A stretch of 64,000 nucleotides of DNA from Eledone cirrhosa. Lineage: Eukaryota. The notes under the pieces were generated by a model. It did no database searches and had not been told where the DNA came from. It saw only the letters and a list, made by a program, of their open reading frames with translations. The DNA is taken from assembly GCA_964016885.1 (NCBI GenBank), contig OZ024740.1, positions 432,946,001-433,010,000 on the forward strand. The letters are read 5' to 3'. Shown piece after piece: positions 18,001 to 32,208 of this stretch. A program made the position numbers and the translations under genes. The number at the start of each line of letters is the position of its first letter. Within the stretch, counting starts at the first letter, position 1.

Positions 18001-21000
18001 AACAACAACAGTGACAAAAACAGTGACAACAACAACAGTGACAACAACAGTGACAACAACAACAGTGACAACAACAACAGTGACAACAACAGTGACAACA
18101 ACAGTGACAACAACAACAGTGACAACAACAGTGACAACAACAGTGACAACAACAGTGACAACAACAACAGTGACAACAACAACAGTGACAACAACAGTGA
18201 CAACAACAACAGTGACAACAACAGTGAGAGCAACAACAGTGACAATAACAGTGACAACAACAACAGCGACAACAACAGTGACAACAACAACAGTGACAAC
18301 AACAGTGACAACAACAACAGTGACAACAACAACTGTGACAACAACAGTGACAACAATAACAGTGACAACAACAGTGACAACAACAACAGTGACAACAACA
18401 GTGACAACAACAACAGTGACAACAACAGTGACAACAACAGTTACTACAACAACAGTGACAACAACAGTGACAACAACAACAGTGACAACAACAGTGACAA
18501 CAACAGTGACAACAACAACAGTGACAACAACAGTGACAACAACAACAGTGACAACAACGGTGACAACAACAGTGACAACAACAGTGACAACAACAACAGT
18601 GACAACAACAGTGACAACAACAACAGTGACAACAACAGTGACAACAACAGTGACAACAACAGTGACAACAACAACAGTGACAACAACAGTGACAACAACA
18701 ACAGTGACAACAACAGTGACAACAACAACAGTGACAACAATAGTGACAACAACAGTGACAACAACAACAGTGACAACAACAGTGACAACAACAACAGTGA
18801 CAACAACAGTGACAACAACAGTGACAACAACAACAGTGACAACAACAACAGTGACAACAACAGTGACAACAACAGTGACAACAACAACAGTGACAACAAC
18901 AACAGTGACAACAACAGTGACAACAACAACAGTGACAACAACAGTGACAACAACAGTAACAACAACAACAGTGACAACAACAGTGACAACAACAGTTACA
19001 ACAACAACAGTGACAACAACAGTGACAACAACAGTGACAACAACAACAGTGACAACAACAACAGTGACCAGAACAACAGTGACAACAACAGTGACAACAA
19101 CAGTGACAACAACAACAGTGACAACATCAGTGACAACAACAGTGACAACAACAACAGTGACAACAACAGTGACAACAACAGTGACAACAACAACAGTGAC
19201 AAAAACAGTGACAACAACAACAGTGACAACAACAGTGACAACAACAACAGTGACAACAACAACAGTGACAACAACAGTGACAACAACAGTGACAACAACA
19301 ACAGTGACAACAACAGTGACAACAACAGTGACAACAACAGTGACAACAACAGTGACAACAACAACAGTGACAACAACAACAGTGACAACAACAGTGACAA
19401 CAACAACAGTGACAACAACAGTGAGAGCAACAACAGTGACAATAACAGTGACAACAACAACGGCGACAACAACAGTGACAACACAACAGTGACAACAACA
19501 GTGACAACAAAAGTGACAAAAACAACAGTGACAACAACAGTGACAACAACAACAGTGACAACAACAGTGACAACAACAGTGACAACACAACAGTGACAAC
19601 AACAGTGACAACAACAGTGACAACAACAACAGTGACAACAACAACAGTGACAACAAAAGTGACAACAACAACAGTGACAGCAACAGTGACAACAACAGTG
19701 ACAACAACAGTGACAACAACAGTGACAACAATAGTGACAACAACAGTGACAACAACAACAATAACAACAACAGTGACAACAACAGTGACAACAACAACTG
19801 TGACAACAGTGACAACAACAGTGACAACAACAGTGACAACAACAACAGTGACAACAACAACAGTGACAACAACAACAGTGACAACAACAGTGACAACAAC
19901 AGTGACAACAACAACAGTGACAACAACAACAATGACAACAACAGTGACAACAACAGTGACAACAACAGTGACAACAACAGTGACAACAACAACAGTGACA
20001 ACAACAACAGTGACAACAACAACAGTGACAACAACAGTGACAACAACAACAGTGACAACAACAACAGTGACAACAACAGTGACAACAACAGTGACAACAA
20101 CAACAGTGACAACAACAGTGACAACAACAACAGTGACAACAACAGTGACAACAACAGTGATAACAACAGTGACAACAACAACAGTGACAACAACAACAGT
20201 GACAACAACAACAGTGACAACAACAACAGTGACAACAACAACAGTGACAACAACAACAGTGACAACAACAGTGACCACAACAACAGTGACAACAACAGTG
20301 ACAACAACAGTGACAACAACTACAGTGACAACAACAACAGTGACAACAACAACAACAGTGACAACAACAGTGACAACAACAACAGTGCAACAACAGTGAC
20401 AACAACAGTGACAACAACAGTGACAACAACAGTGACCACAACAACAGTGACAACAACAACAGTGACAACAACAGTGACAACAACAGTGACAACAACAACA
20501 GTGACAACAACAGTGACAACAACAACAGTGACAACAACAGTGACAACAACAACAGTGACAACAACAACAGTGACAACAACAACAGTGACAACAACAACAG
20601 TGACAACAACAACCGTGACAACAACAACAGTGACAACAACAACAGTGACAACAACAGTGACAACAACAGTGACAACAACAGTGACAACAACAGTGACAAC
20701 AACAGTGACAACAACAACAGTGACAACAACAACAGTGACAACAACAACAGTGACAACAACAGTGACAACAACAACAGTGACAACAACAGTGACAACAACA
20801 ACAGTGACAACAACAACAGTGACAACAACAACAGTGACAACAACAGTGGCAACAACAACTGTGACAACAACAGTGACAACAACAGTGACAACAACAACAG
20901 TGACAACAACAGTGACAACAACAACAGTGACAACAACAGTGACAACAACAGTGACAACAACAGTGACAAAAACAACAGTGACAACAACAGTGACAACAAC

Positions 21001-24000
21001 AACAGTGACAACAACAACAGTGACAACAACAACAGTGACAACAAAAGTGACAACAACAACAGTGACAGCAACAGTGACAACAACAGTGACAACAACAGTG
21101 ACAACAACAGTGACAACAACAGTGACAACAACAGTGACAACAACAACAATAACAACAACAGTGACAACAACAGTGACAACAACAACAGTGACAACAACAG
21201 TGACAACAACAGTGACAACAACAACAGTGACAACAACAACAGTGACAACAACAGTGACAACAACAACAGTGACAACAACAGTGACAACAACAACAGTGAC
21301 AACAACAACAGTGACAACAACAACAGTGACAACAACAGTGACAACAACAGTGACAACAACAGTAACAACAACAACAGTGACAACAACAGTGACAACAACA
21401 GTGACAACAACAGTGACAACAACAGTGACAACAACAACAGTGACAACAACAACAGTGACAACAACAACAGTGACAACAACAGTGACAACAACAGTGACAA
21501 CAACAACAGTGACAACAACAACAGTGACAACAACAGTGACAACAACAACAGTGACAACAACAACAGTGACAACAACAGTGACAACAACAACAGTGACAAC
21601 AACAGTGACAACAACAGTGACAACAACAACAGAGTCAACAACAGTGACAACAACAACAGTGACAACAACAGTGACAACAACAACAGTGACAACAACAGTG
21701 ACAACAACAGTGACAACAACAACAGTGACAACAACAGTGACAACAACATTGACAACAACAGTGACAACAACAACAGTGACAACAACAACAGTGACAACAA
21801 CAGTGACAACAACAGTGACAACAGCAGTGACAAACACAGTGACAACAACAACAGTGACAACAACAGTGACAACAACAACAGTGACAACAACAATAGTGAC
21901 AACAACAGTGACAACAACAACAGTGACAACAACAACAGTGACAACAACAGTGACAACAACAACAGTGACAACAACAGTGACAACAACAGTGACAACAACA
22001 GTGACAACAACAGTGACAACAACAACAGTGACAACAACAGTGACAACAACAGTGACAACAACAACAGTGACAACAACAGTGACAATAACAGTGACAACAA
22101 CAACAGTGACAACAACAACAGTGACAACAACAGTGTCAACAACAGTGACAACAACAACAGTGACAACAACAGTGACAACAACAACAGTGACAACAACAGT
22201 GACAACAACAGTGACAACAACAACAGTGACAACAACAGTGACAACAACAGTGACAACAACAACAGTGACAACAACAGTGACAACAACAACAGTGACAACA
22301 ACAACAGTGACAACAACAGTGACAACAACAACAGTGACAACAACAACAGTGACAACAACAGTGACAACAACAGTGACAACAACAACAGTGACAACAACAG
22401 TGACAACAACAGTGACAACAACAACAGTGACAACAACAACAGTGACAACAACAGTGACAACAACAGTGACAACAACAACAGTGACAACAACAACAGTGAC
22501 AACAACAACAGTGACAACAACAGTGACAACAACAGTGACAACAACAGTGACAACAACAGTGACAACAACAACAGTGACAACAACAGTGACAACAACAGTG
22601 ACAATAACAGTGACAACAACAGTGACAATAACAACAGTGACAACAACAACAGTGACAACAACAACAGTGACAACAACAGTTACAACAACAGTGACAACAA
22701 CAACAGTGACAACAACAGTGACAACAACAACAGTGACAACAACAACAGTGACAACAACAACAGTGACAACAACAACAGTGACAACAACAGCAGTGACAAC
22801 AACAGTGACAACAACAACAGTGACAACAACAGTGACAACAACAGTGACAACAACAGTGACAACAAGAACAGTGACAACAACAACAGTGATAACAACAACA
22901 GTGACAACAACAACAGTAACAACAACAGTGACAACAACAGTGACAACAACAACAGTGACAACAACGACAGTGACAACAACAACAGTGACAACAACAGTGA
23001 CAACAACAACAGTGACAACAACAGTGACAACAACAGTGACAACAACAACAGTGACAACAACAACAGTGACAACAACAGTGACAACAACAACAGTGACAAC
23101 AACAGTGACAACAACAGTGACAACAATAGTGATAACAACAACAGTGACAACAACAGTGACAACAACAACAGTGACAACAACAACAGTGACAACAACAACA
23201 GTGACAACAACAGTGACAACAACAACAGTGACAACAACAGTGACAACAACAGTGACAACAACAACAGTGACAACAACAGTGACAACAACAACAGTGACAA
23301 CAACAACAGTGACAACAACAGTGACAACAACAACAGTGACAACAACAGTGACAACAACACTGACAACAACAACAGTGACAACAACAACAGTGACAACAAC
23401 AGTGACAACAACAGTGACAACAACAACAGTGACAACAACAGTGACAACAACAACAGTGACAACAACAGTGACAACAACAACAGTGACAACAACAGTGACA
23501 ACAACAGTGACAACAACAACAGTGACAACAACAGAGACAACAACAATAGTGACAACAACAACAGTGACAACAACAACAGTGACAACAACAGTGACAACAA
23601 CAGTGACAACAACAGTAACAACAACAACAGTGACAACAACAGTGACAACAACAGTGACAACAACAACAGTGACAACAACAGTGACAACAACAACAGTGAC
23701 AACAACAGTGACAACAACAACAGTGACAACAACAACAGTGACAACAACAACAGTGACAACAACAGTGACAACAACAACAGTGACAACAACAGTGACAACA
23801 ACAACAGTGACAACAACAACAGTGACAACAACAACAGTGACAACAACAACAGTGACAACAACAACAGTGACAACAACAGTGACAACAACAGTGACAACAA
23901 CAGTAACAACAACAACAGTGACAACAACAGTGACAACAACAACAGTGACAACAACAGTGACAACAACAACAGTGACAACAACAGTGACAACAACAACAGT

Positions 24001-27000
24001 GACAACAACAACAGTGACAACAACAACAGTGACAACAACAACAGTGACAACAACAGTGACAACAACAACAGTGACAACAACAGTGACAACAACAACAGTG
24101 ACAACAACAGTGACAACAACAACAGTGACAACAACAACAGTGACAACAACAACAGTGACAACAACAACAGTGACAACAACAGTGACAACAACAGTGACAA
24201 CAACAGTAACAACAACAACAGTGACAACAACAGTGACAACAACAGTGACAACAACAGTGACAACAACAGTGACAACAACAGTGACAACAACAACAGTGAC
24301 AACAACAACAGTGACAACAACAGTGACAACAACAGTGACAACAACAACAGTGACAACAACAACAGTGACAACAACAGTGACAACAACAACAGTGACAACA
24401 ACAGTGACAACAACAACAGTGACAACAACAGTGACAACAACAGTGACAACAACAACAGAGTCAACAACAGTGACAACAACAACAGTGACAACAACAGTGA
24501 CAACAACAACAGTGACAACAACAGTGACAACAACAACAGTGACAACAACAGTGACAACAACAGTGACAACAACAACAGTGACAACAACAGTGACAACAAC
24601 ATTGACAACAACAGTGACAACAACAACAGTGACAACAACAACAGTGACAACAACAGTGACAACAACAGTGACAACAGCAGTGACAAACACAGTGACAACA
24701 ACAACAGTGACAACAACAGTGACAACAACAACAGTGACAACAACAATAGTGACAACAACAGTGACAACAACAACAGTGACAACAACAACAGTGACAACAA
24801 CAGTGACAACAACAACAGTGACAACAACAGTGACAACAACAGTGACAACAACAGTGACAACAACAGTGACAACAACAGTGACAACAACAACAGTGACAAC
24901 AACAGTGACAACAACAGTGACAACAACAACAGTGACAACAACAGTGACAATAACAGTGACAACAACAGTGACAACAACAACAGTGACAACAACAGTGTCA
25001 ACAACAGTGACAACAACAGTGACAACAACAACAGTGACAACAACAGTGACAACAACAGTGACAACAACAACAGTGACAACAACAGTGACAACAACAGTGA
25101 CAACAACAACAGTGACAACAACAGTGACAACAACAACAGTGACAACAACAACAGTGACAACAACAGTGACAACAACAACAGTGACAACAACAACAGTGAC
25201 AACAACAGTGACAACAACAGTGACAACAACAACAGTGACAACAACAGTGACAACAACAGTGACAACAACAACAGTGACAACAACAACAGTGACAACAACA
25301 GTGACAACAACAGTGACAACAACAACAGTGACAACAACAACAGTGACAACAACAACAGTGACAACAACAGTGACAACAACAGTGACAACAACAACAGTGA
25401 CAACAACAGTGACAACAACAGTGACAACAACAGTGACAACAACAGTGACAATAACAACAGTGACAACAACAACAGTGACAACAACAACAGTGACAACAAC
25501 AGTGACAACAACAGTGACAACAACAACAGTGACAACAACAGTGACAACAACAACAGTGACAACAACAACAGTGACAACAACAACAGTGACAACAACAACA
25601 GTGACAACAACAGCAGTGACAACAACAGTGACAACAACAACAGTGACAACAACAGTGACAACAACAGTGACAACAACAGTGACAACAACAGTGACAACAA
25701 GAACAGTGACAACAACAACAGTGATAACAACAACAGTGACAACAACAACAGTAACAACAACAGTGACAACAACAGTGACAACAACAACAGTGACAACAAC
25801 GACAGTGACAACAACAACAGTGACAACAACAGTGACAACAACAACAGTGACAACAACAGTGACAACAACAGTGACAACAACAACAGTGACAACAACAACA
25901 GTGACAACAACAGTGACAACAACAACAGTGACAACAACAGTGACAACAACAACAGTGACAACAACAACAGTGACAACAACAGTGACAACAACAGTGACAA
26001 CAACAGTGACAACAACAGTGATAACAACAACAGTGACAACAACAGTGACAACAACAACAGTGACAACAACAACAGTGACAACAACAACAGTGACAACAAC
26101 AACAGTGACAACAACAGTGACAACAACATCTGTGACAACAACAGTGACAACAACAACAGTGACAACAACAACAGTGACAACAACAGTGACAACAACAGTG
26201 ACAACAACAGTGACAACAACAACAGTGACAACAACAGTGACAACAACAACAGTGACAACAACAGTGACAACAACAACAGTGACAACAACAGTGACAACAA
26301 CACTGACAACAACAACAGTGACAACAACAACAGTGACAACAACAGTGACAACAACAACAGTGACAACAACAACAGTGACAACAACAACAGTGACAACAAC
26401 AGTGACAACAACAACAGTGACAACAACAGTGACAACAACAACAGTGACAACAACAACAGTGACAACAACAGTGTCAACAACAGTGACAACAACAACAGTG
26501 ACAACAACAGTGTCAACAACAACAGTGACAACAACAACAGTGACAACAACAACAGTGACAACAACAACAGTGACAACAACAGTGACAACAACAACAGTGA
26601 CAACAACAGTGACAACAACAGTAACAACAACAACAGTGACAACAACAGTCACAACAACAACAGTGACAACAACAGTGACAACAACAGTGACAACAACAGT
26701 GACAACAACAGTAACAACAACAACAGTGACAACAACAGTGACAACAACAGTGACAACAACAGTGACAACAACAACAGTGACAACAACAGTGACAACAACA
26801 ACAGTGACAACAACAGTGACAACAACAACAGTGACAACAACAACAGTGACAACAACAGTGACAACAACAACAGTGACAACAACAGTGACAACAACAACAG
26901 TGACAACAACAACAGTGACAACAACAACAGTGACAACAACAACAGTGACAACAACAACAGTGACAACAACAGTGACAACAACAGTGACAACAACAGTAAC

Positions 27001-27283
27001 AACAACAACAGTGACAACAACAGTGACAACAACAGTGACAACAACAACAGTGACAACAACAGTGACAACAACAACAGTGACAACAACAGTGACAACAACA
27101 ACAGTGACAACAACAACAGTGACAACAACAACAGTGACAACAACAACAGTGACAACAACAGTGACAACAACAACAGTGACAACAACAACAGTGACAACAA
27201 CAGTGACAACAACAACAGTGACAACAACAGTGACAACAACAACAGTGTCAACAACAGTGACAACAACAACAGCAACAACAACC
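1..27283. repeat. Large satellite of interspersed 12-bp AGTGAC(AAC)2 and 15-bp AGTGAC(AAC)3 units, open at the window start
   Basis: Directly visible and continuous to ...acagcaacaacaacc at about 27283. Strongly A/C-rich on the + strand. The poly-T/V, SDNN and poly-L/S ORFs are translations of this repeat. Confidence 0.98.
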
Positions 27284-27389
27284 TCTGCTGTAAAGAAATA
27301 TATACTGAGCATTGTACACAATAAATGTCCTGTTGTTGGCAGTGTCCGGTCGGCTGACCTTGCCTTGCTCATATAGGAACAGATTCTGG

Positions 27390-27707
27390 CTTGATTTCTA
27401 TTGCTGGAGGCCCTTCCTAACACCAACCTCATTTACAGTGAGTGCTGGGTGCTTTTTTTCCGTGGCGCCTACACCTCCACTTTACAGTGTAGGTTGGGTG
27501 CTTTTTAGTTGTGACACCTCCACGGCCACTTTGCAGTGGGAGGGGGTGGGGCATATTGTCGATATGCTTCAGCTTCAGCTTGTACCCGTGGGAAGTCGGG
27601 TCTTCTGTATTACTGTGTGATGCCAGAGGTCACGGTCATGTGTCATCACCTTTGAGAGGTGTAATTGGGTAAGGTCGGCTTTTATCACCTCATCCCAGGT
27701 CTTCTTA
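27390..27707 (-). mobile_element. 3' fragment of an RTE-clade LINE (ORF2 C-terminus plus 3' region)
   Basis: Minus-strand peptide KKTWDEVIKADLTQLHLSKVMTHDRDLWHHTVIQKTR matches the RTE C-terminal pattern KTW...DL...DR..W. The downstream GGTTGGTGTTAGGAAGGGC motif (minus strand, about 27410-27428) recurs on + at about 45857. Confidence 0.7.
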
Positions 27708-27959
27708 TATATATGAAGGGATTTGTAGTTTACTTGAAGCATTATATACGGTATAAAGAATTTGAAGTTTGATAGCCATGAGATTGTGGGTTTGCTATAC
27801 CATGCATGGTATAACAAGCCACAACGGACACTGGAATAGTTCCTTTATTTTCCTCGGAAGAAGAGAAATTAATCTCGAAATATCAGGACATGAATAAATT
27901 AAGGTAAAAAAACAACTCATTTCTTATGATTTAATTATTTTCCGTCCAAACCCCACATT

Positions 27960-28810
27960 CTCAATAACACAGTAGTTTTATTTTTTAAGATTTATTTATC
28001 AAACTTGGGTCAGTTTGTCTTCATGACTTGTTCTTTCAATCTCACTCGATAAACCCGCCACTGGCTTTGATGACGGCCTCAAGGCGGGCTCGGAACTGGC
28101 TACAGGCCTTCGTCACTGTCCCCCGACTTAGGCCCCTAAAGGCACTTGTGATCCTGGCCTTCAGATCGTCTTTCGTATTGTAGCTAGATCTGTTGGTGTC
28201 TCGTTCCACTGCGCCCCACACAAAGAAGTCGAGGGGGGTTGCAGTCAGGCGAGCTGGGAGGCCAGATGTCAGGTGAAGTGTGGTCGACGAAGTTCTCTGA
28301 CAGCCAGGCCTGGGTCTTTCGGCTGGTATGGCAAGGCGCTGAGTCTTGCTGTCACACGTACGGCCTACCTGCAGCTACCTGGTCAATCCAGGGCTTTACT
28401 ACCTTGCTCAGAACGCGGATGTAGCCATCGGTGTTCAGCTTGAGGCCCTCATGGAAGAAGTGAGGTGGCATGATGTCACCTTGACTGCTGACGACACCTA
28501 AGACCAATGTTGTCGCTGGAAACTTTGTCTGCATGACTCTGGACACGTCTTTGGATGAGACAGCGAGCCACCTGTTGTTCTGGGAGTTGATCTTCTGGTC
28601 TTATTTGTCCTCTCGGCGCGGATTCCAAGAAGAACTCCGTGTCTCTTCCACAAATTTGGAGGTTCAAAATTATTCATAATCAATTATTCTGAAAATAAAT
28701 AATGGAAATATAGTCAGTGTTTTTATGAAGACAAGAGTGACAACGAAAGTAAAAAACATTTGCATAAAATTAGCAGTTGAAAATTGCGAACAAATATCGT
28801 CCGCACCCTG
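27960..28810 (-). mobile_element. Internally deleted Tc1/mariner transposon of the DD37D (maT) type
   Basis: One end reads TA|CAGGGTGCGGACGATATTTGTTCGCAATTTTC on the minus strand at 28810, with a transposase relic inside. The opposite TIR was not found, so the left boundary is approximate. Confidence 0.8.
28042..28677 (-). pseudogene. DD37D transposase pseudogene
   Basis: Translates as DQKINSQNNRWLAV...VLGVVSSQGDIMPPHFF...RPYV*QQDSAPCHTSRKTQAWLSENFVDHTSPDIWPPSSPDCNP(fs)LDFFVWGAVE...RLEAVIKASGGFIE*. After correcting one extra base at about 28235 there are 37 residues between the 2nd and 3rd Asp. Premature stop at about 28353. The HTH region and first catalytic Asp are deleted. Confidence 0.88.
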
Positions 28811-29109
28811 TATATATATATATGAGAAAGCTCATCACTAGAGCAGCTGTTAAAACAGCTAAATTCTGTCAAAGACAGCGATGAGCAAAAATACGTCAGA
28901 GGACAGAGACCAGTGGCCAGTGGTCGACAGAGAAACAATCGACAAGGTGGGTGACAGGCAGATGAGATATAGAAAAGATTGAAAGAGGAGAAGGGAAAAG
29001 AGAAGTGGTGTATAGAAGTGACTGGAAGAGAAAATAAAGAAAGGTGATGGACAACAAACTGTTGTAATATAACAACACTTTACTACACTAACAGCTTCTA
29101 GTCTTTATT

Positions 29110-29188
29110 ACACACACACACATACACACATACATATACACATAGCTTCACACACACATACATATATATACACATAGCTTCACACATA
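29110..29188. repeat. (CA)n/(TA)n compound microsatellite with short tandem duplications
   Basis: Repeated cacacacatacatatatacacatagctt-like units. Confidence 0.8.
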
Positions 29189-29199
29189 CATACATAGAT

Positions 29200-30127
29200 A
29201 CACATATACCAGTAAAATGGTTTCACATGATTTAATTGAGAGTACTATTTTAAAATGCCGGATTGTGCAACAGAAAAATCTTTCAACTGGTATGATGTGT
29301 GTTAAACAGCACAGATAGAAGGATGAAAGAAATGGAAAATAATGTAATAGTGGAGCTCACTCTAATGATTATAGCAGTGAAATTATATAGACAGATTGAA
29401 TCAGATATGAGCTAGATAAGAAACTCAGAGTAAATCAGACTGGTTTCTGGCCAAGTAGATGCGTTGAACTCATCCGCATTCTGTGAAGGGTATTAGAATG
29501 CTGTGATGGAAATAACCTTTCTTTTGTAGCTATTTTCATGAAATTTAAGAAGGTGTTTGATTCAATAGTTCGTAGCGTTCTCTTCAGGATCTTTAGACAC
29601 TGTAGGGTTCCTGAAAACCTAAACCCAAAACATCACATTCCTAAATGAAAACACATCAGTTATTGTGGTGAGCTGATGGAGGAATTTGAAGTCACAACTG
29701 GTGTTCTCCAAGACAATGTACTGGTGCCTTACCTTTTCATCATTGTGATTATCTAGGTGATGAGAAACAGTAACACCAATGATCTTGGTTTTATCACACA
29801 TGAGCGGAAATCCAGAAGATATTCTGAAAAAAGTGTTGGTGTTATGGCAATGACAGCCTGGAGAATGGAACCAAAAGCAGAAATAAGTTGAGCCAGTGAT
29901 CCTACAGTTAAAGAGGTAGGTCTGCTAATTAACATAGACAAAGTCATAGTGAATAATATCGACCACATCAATGTAAACCTATACTGAACTCTTTCATTAT
30001 CTAGGGTTTATGTCACAGATACTATGAAAGATTTCAAATATAGATGATAAAAAACCTGGACAGCTTTTTTTTAGGAAACTGAAATATCTGGAAGTTGAGA
30101 ACCAGCATCCCACTAAAAATAAAATGT
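29200..30127 (+). pseudogene. Decayed RTE-clade LINE reverse transcriptase, part 1
   Basis: Relic motifs KLRVNQTGF, FVAIFMKFKKVFDSIVRSVLFRIFRHCRVPE (FxDFxKAFDS) and EEFEVTTGVLQDNVLVPYLFIIVI (GVxQG..L.P.LF), with many stops and frameshifts. Left boundary approximate. Confidence 0.82.
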
Positions 30128-30139
30128 TGAACCCTTTAG

Positions 30140-30862
30140 CATTTACATTACTCTATATATACTATTGTATTTTCACAGTAAAGGCTTTACCTCACATAAT
30201 ACCTCACATAACATTTACATTACTCTATATATACTATTGTATTTTCACAGTAAAGGCTTTACCTCACATAATACCTCACATAACATTTACATTACTCTAT
30301 ATATACTATTGTATTTTCACAGTAAAGGCTTTACCTCACATAATACCTCACATAACATTTACATTACTCTATATATACTATAGTATTTTCACAGTAAAGG
30401 CTTTACCTCACATAGTATCTCACATAACATTTACATTACTCTATATATACTATTGTATTTTCACAGTAAAGGCTTTACCTCACATAATATATCACATAAC
30501 ATTTACATTACTCTATATATACTATTGTATTTTCACAGTAAAGGCTTTACCTCACATAATATCTCACATAACATTTACATTACTCTATATATACTATTGT
30601 ATTTTCACAGTAAAGGCTTTACCTCACATAATATCTCACATAACATTTACATTACTCTATATATACTATTGTATTTTCACAGTAAAGGCTTTACCTCACA
30701 TAATATATCACATAACATTTACATTACTCTATATATACTATTGTATTTTCACAGTAAAGGCTTTACCTCACATAATATCTCACATAACATTTACATTACT
30801 CTATATATACTATTGTATTTTCACAGTAAAGGCTTTACCTCACATAATATCTCACATAACAT
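30140..30862. repeat. 72-bp minisatellite, left arm (10 copies)
   Basis: Unit ATTTACATTACTCTATATATACTATTGTATTTTCACAGTAAAGGCTTTACCTCACATAATATCTCACATAAC. Confidence 0.97.
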
Positions 30863-31072
30863 CTCGTATACGAGAGACGTGTGTTGACGTGTGTGAACAA
30901 GCTCGGCTACCGAGTTGGATTTACTTACTCAAAAGTGAGTTTTGATTAATTTTTTTATACTGTAATATACGTTAACCCCTTGCCTGGGTCGTCAAACTTT
31001 GAGTTTATTTATTTTCGCCCCTTTTTGGGGCGAATTTTCCTTTGAAAAATTTATTACGGCAAACTGATAGAA

Positions 31073-32154
31073 ATGGACGGAATTTTCACATCCCATCCTA
31101 ACGAGAAAGCCACGCCCCCTAAAAAATGTGATACAGAGAAGCTAGAAGCACAAGGCTCTAAGTCTTCCCTCCTCACTTCTGCAAAAGAAACATGGAACAC
31201 GGAATTAAAAGAAAAATTTGTAAAAATGGGTGAAAACCCAGAAAGTCACATAAACGCAGACAAAAACAACAATGACAATAACAGCACGATCAACAACAGC
31301 AATAGTCACAACACCAACCAAGGAAAAAATAAAGATAACACCAAACAAAGCGAACCCACTACTGGTGCCTCCTTTGCACAGGCGGTCCGAAAAACAGAGA
31401 CCTGCAAGCAACTGGACAACTCTGAGAGAAAAGATGAAGGAAGCAAAACAGTATGTAACTTTCAAAGAAGGAGGAGACTTCACAATCACCTCCCCACAAG
31501 AAATCAAAAGAGACACGACACTAAGAACGATATCTTTCAGAACAATTTCCAACATAACAAGGAAACCAGCTCAATTATCCCAAAAAGAAAGTGAGCTGGT
31601 CCTAAAAAATGTGTGGAGTGATATATCGTTCATACAAAAAGGTCCACTCTATGGGAATATAACGGTGCTAATGAAGGATCAATTGACGGCCAGGAAATAC
31701 TCTGTGGCGCCAATTGTTTCCAAGCTACACACATTTTTCCCCACATATTTGGGGAAAAGAACGCAGAAAATAAGAGTCTCCGGAATCCGGCCAAATGCAT
31801 GCATTTCCTGGGTACTAACAGGATTTTTAGAAGACGAGGACGGAATCCTCTTAGTAGGAGAAGTCACCACAGACGTTTTCGGCGGTTTGAACGTGGAGGT
31901 TCTGATCCAAATGAGACCAGAAAGAATAGCTAGAATACCACAAAGGGTGTCCCTCGATGGAGAAACATTTATATACATTTCAGCCGAGGGTAGGAGGCCC
32001 ATATGTTACTACTGTTCAAGCAGGGGTCATCTAAGGGCTGCCTGTCCTCAATTGACAAAAAAAGGCTCTTTTGCCTACACCCCACACACCACCACCGCCA
32101 CCACCACCACCACCACCAACACCACTACCACCACCACCACCACAACAACAACAA

Positions 32155-32208
<54 letters not shown>

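Noticed and set aside
1-27283. Telomeric repeat or CRISPR array
   Set aside because: No TTAGGG-type unit, no unique spacers and no cas genes. The position relative to a chromosome end cannot be seen.
8-27376. Giant Thr/Val mucin-like, SDNN or poly-Leu ORFs
   Set aside because: They are automatic translations of a triplet-phased satellite, open in several frames on both strands, broken by frameshifts, with no signal peptide, domain or splice evidence.
30124-30945. 273-aa hydrophobic repeat protein (and similar ORFs at 36394-37288)
   Set aside because: Translation of the 72-bp satellite inside a MITE.
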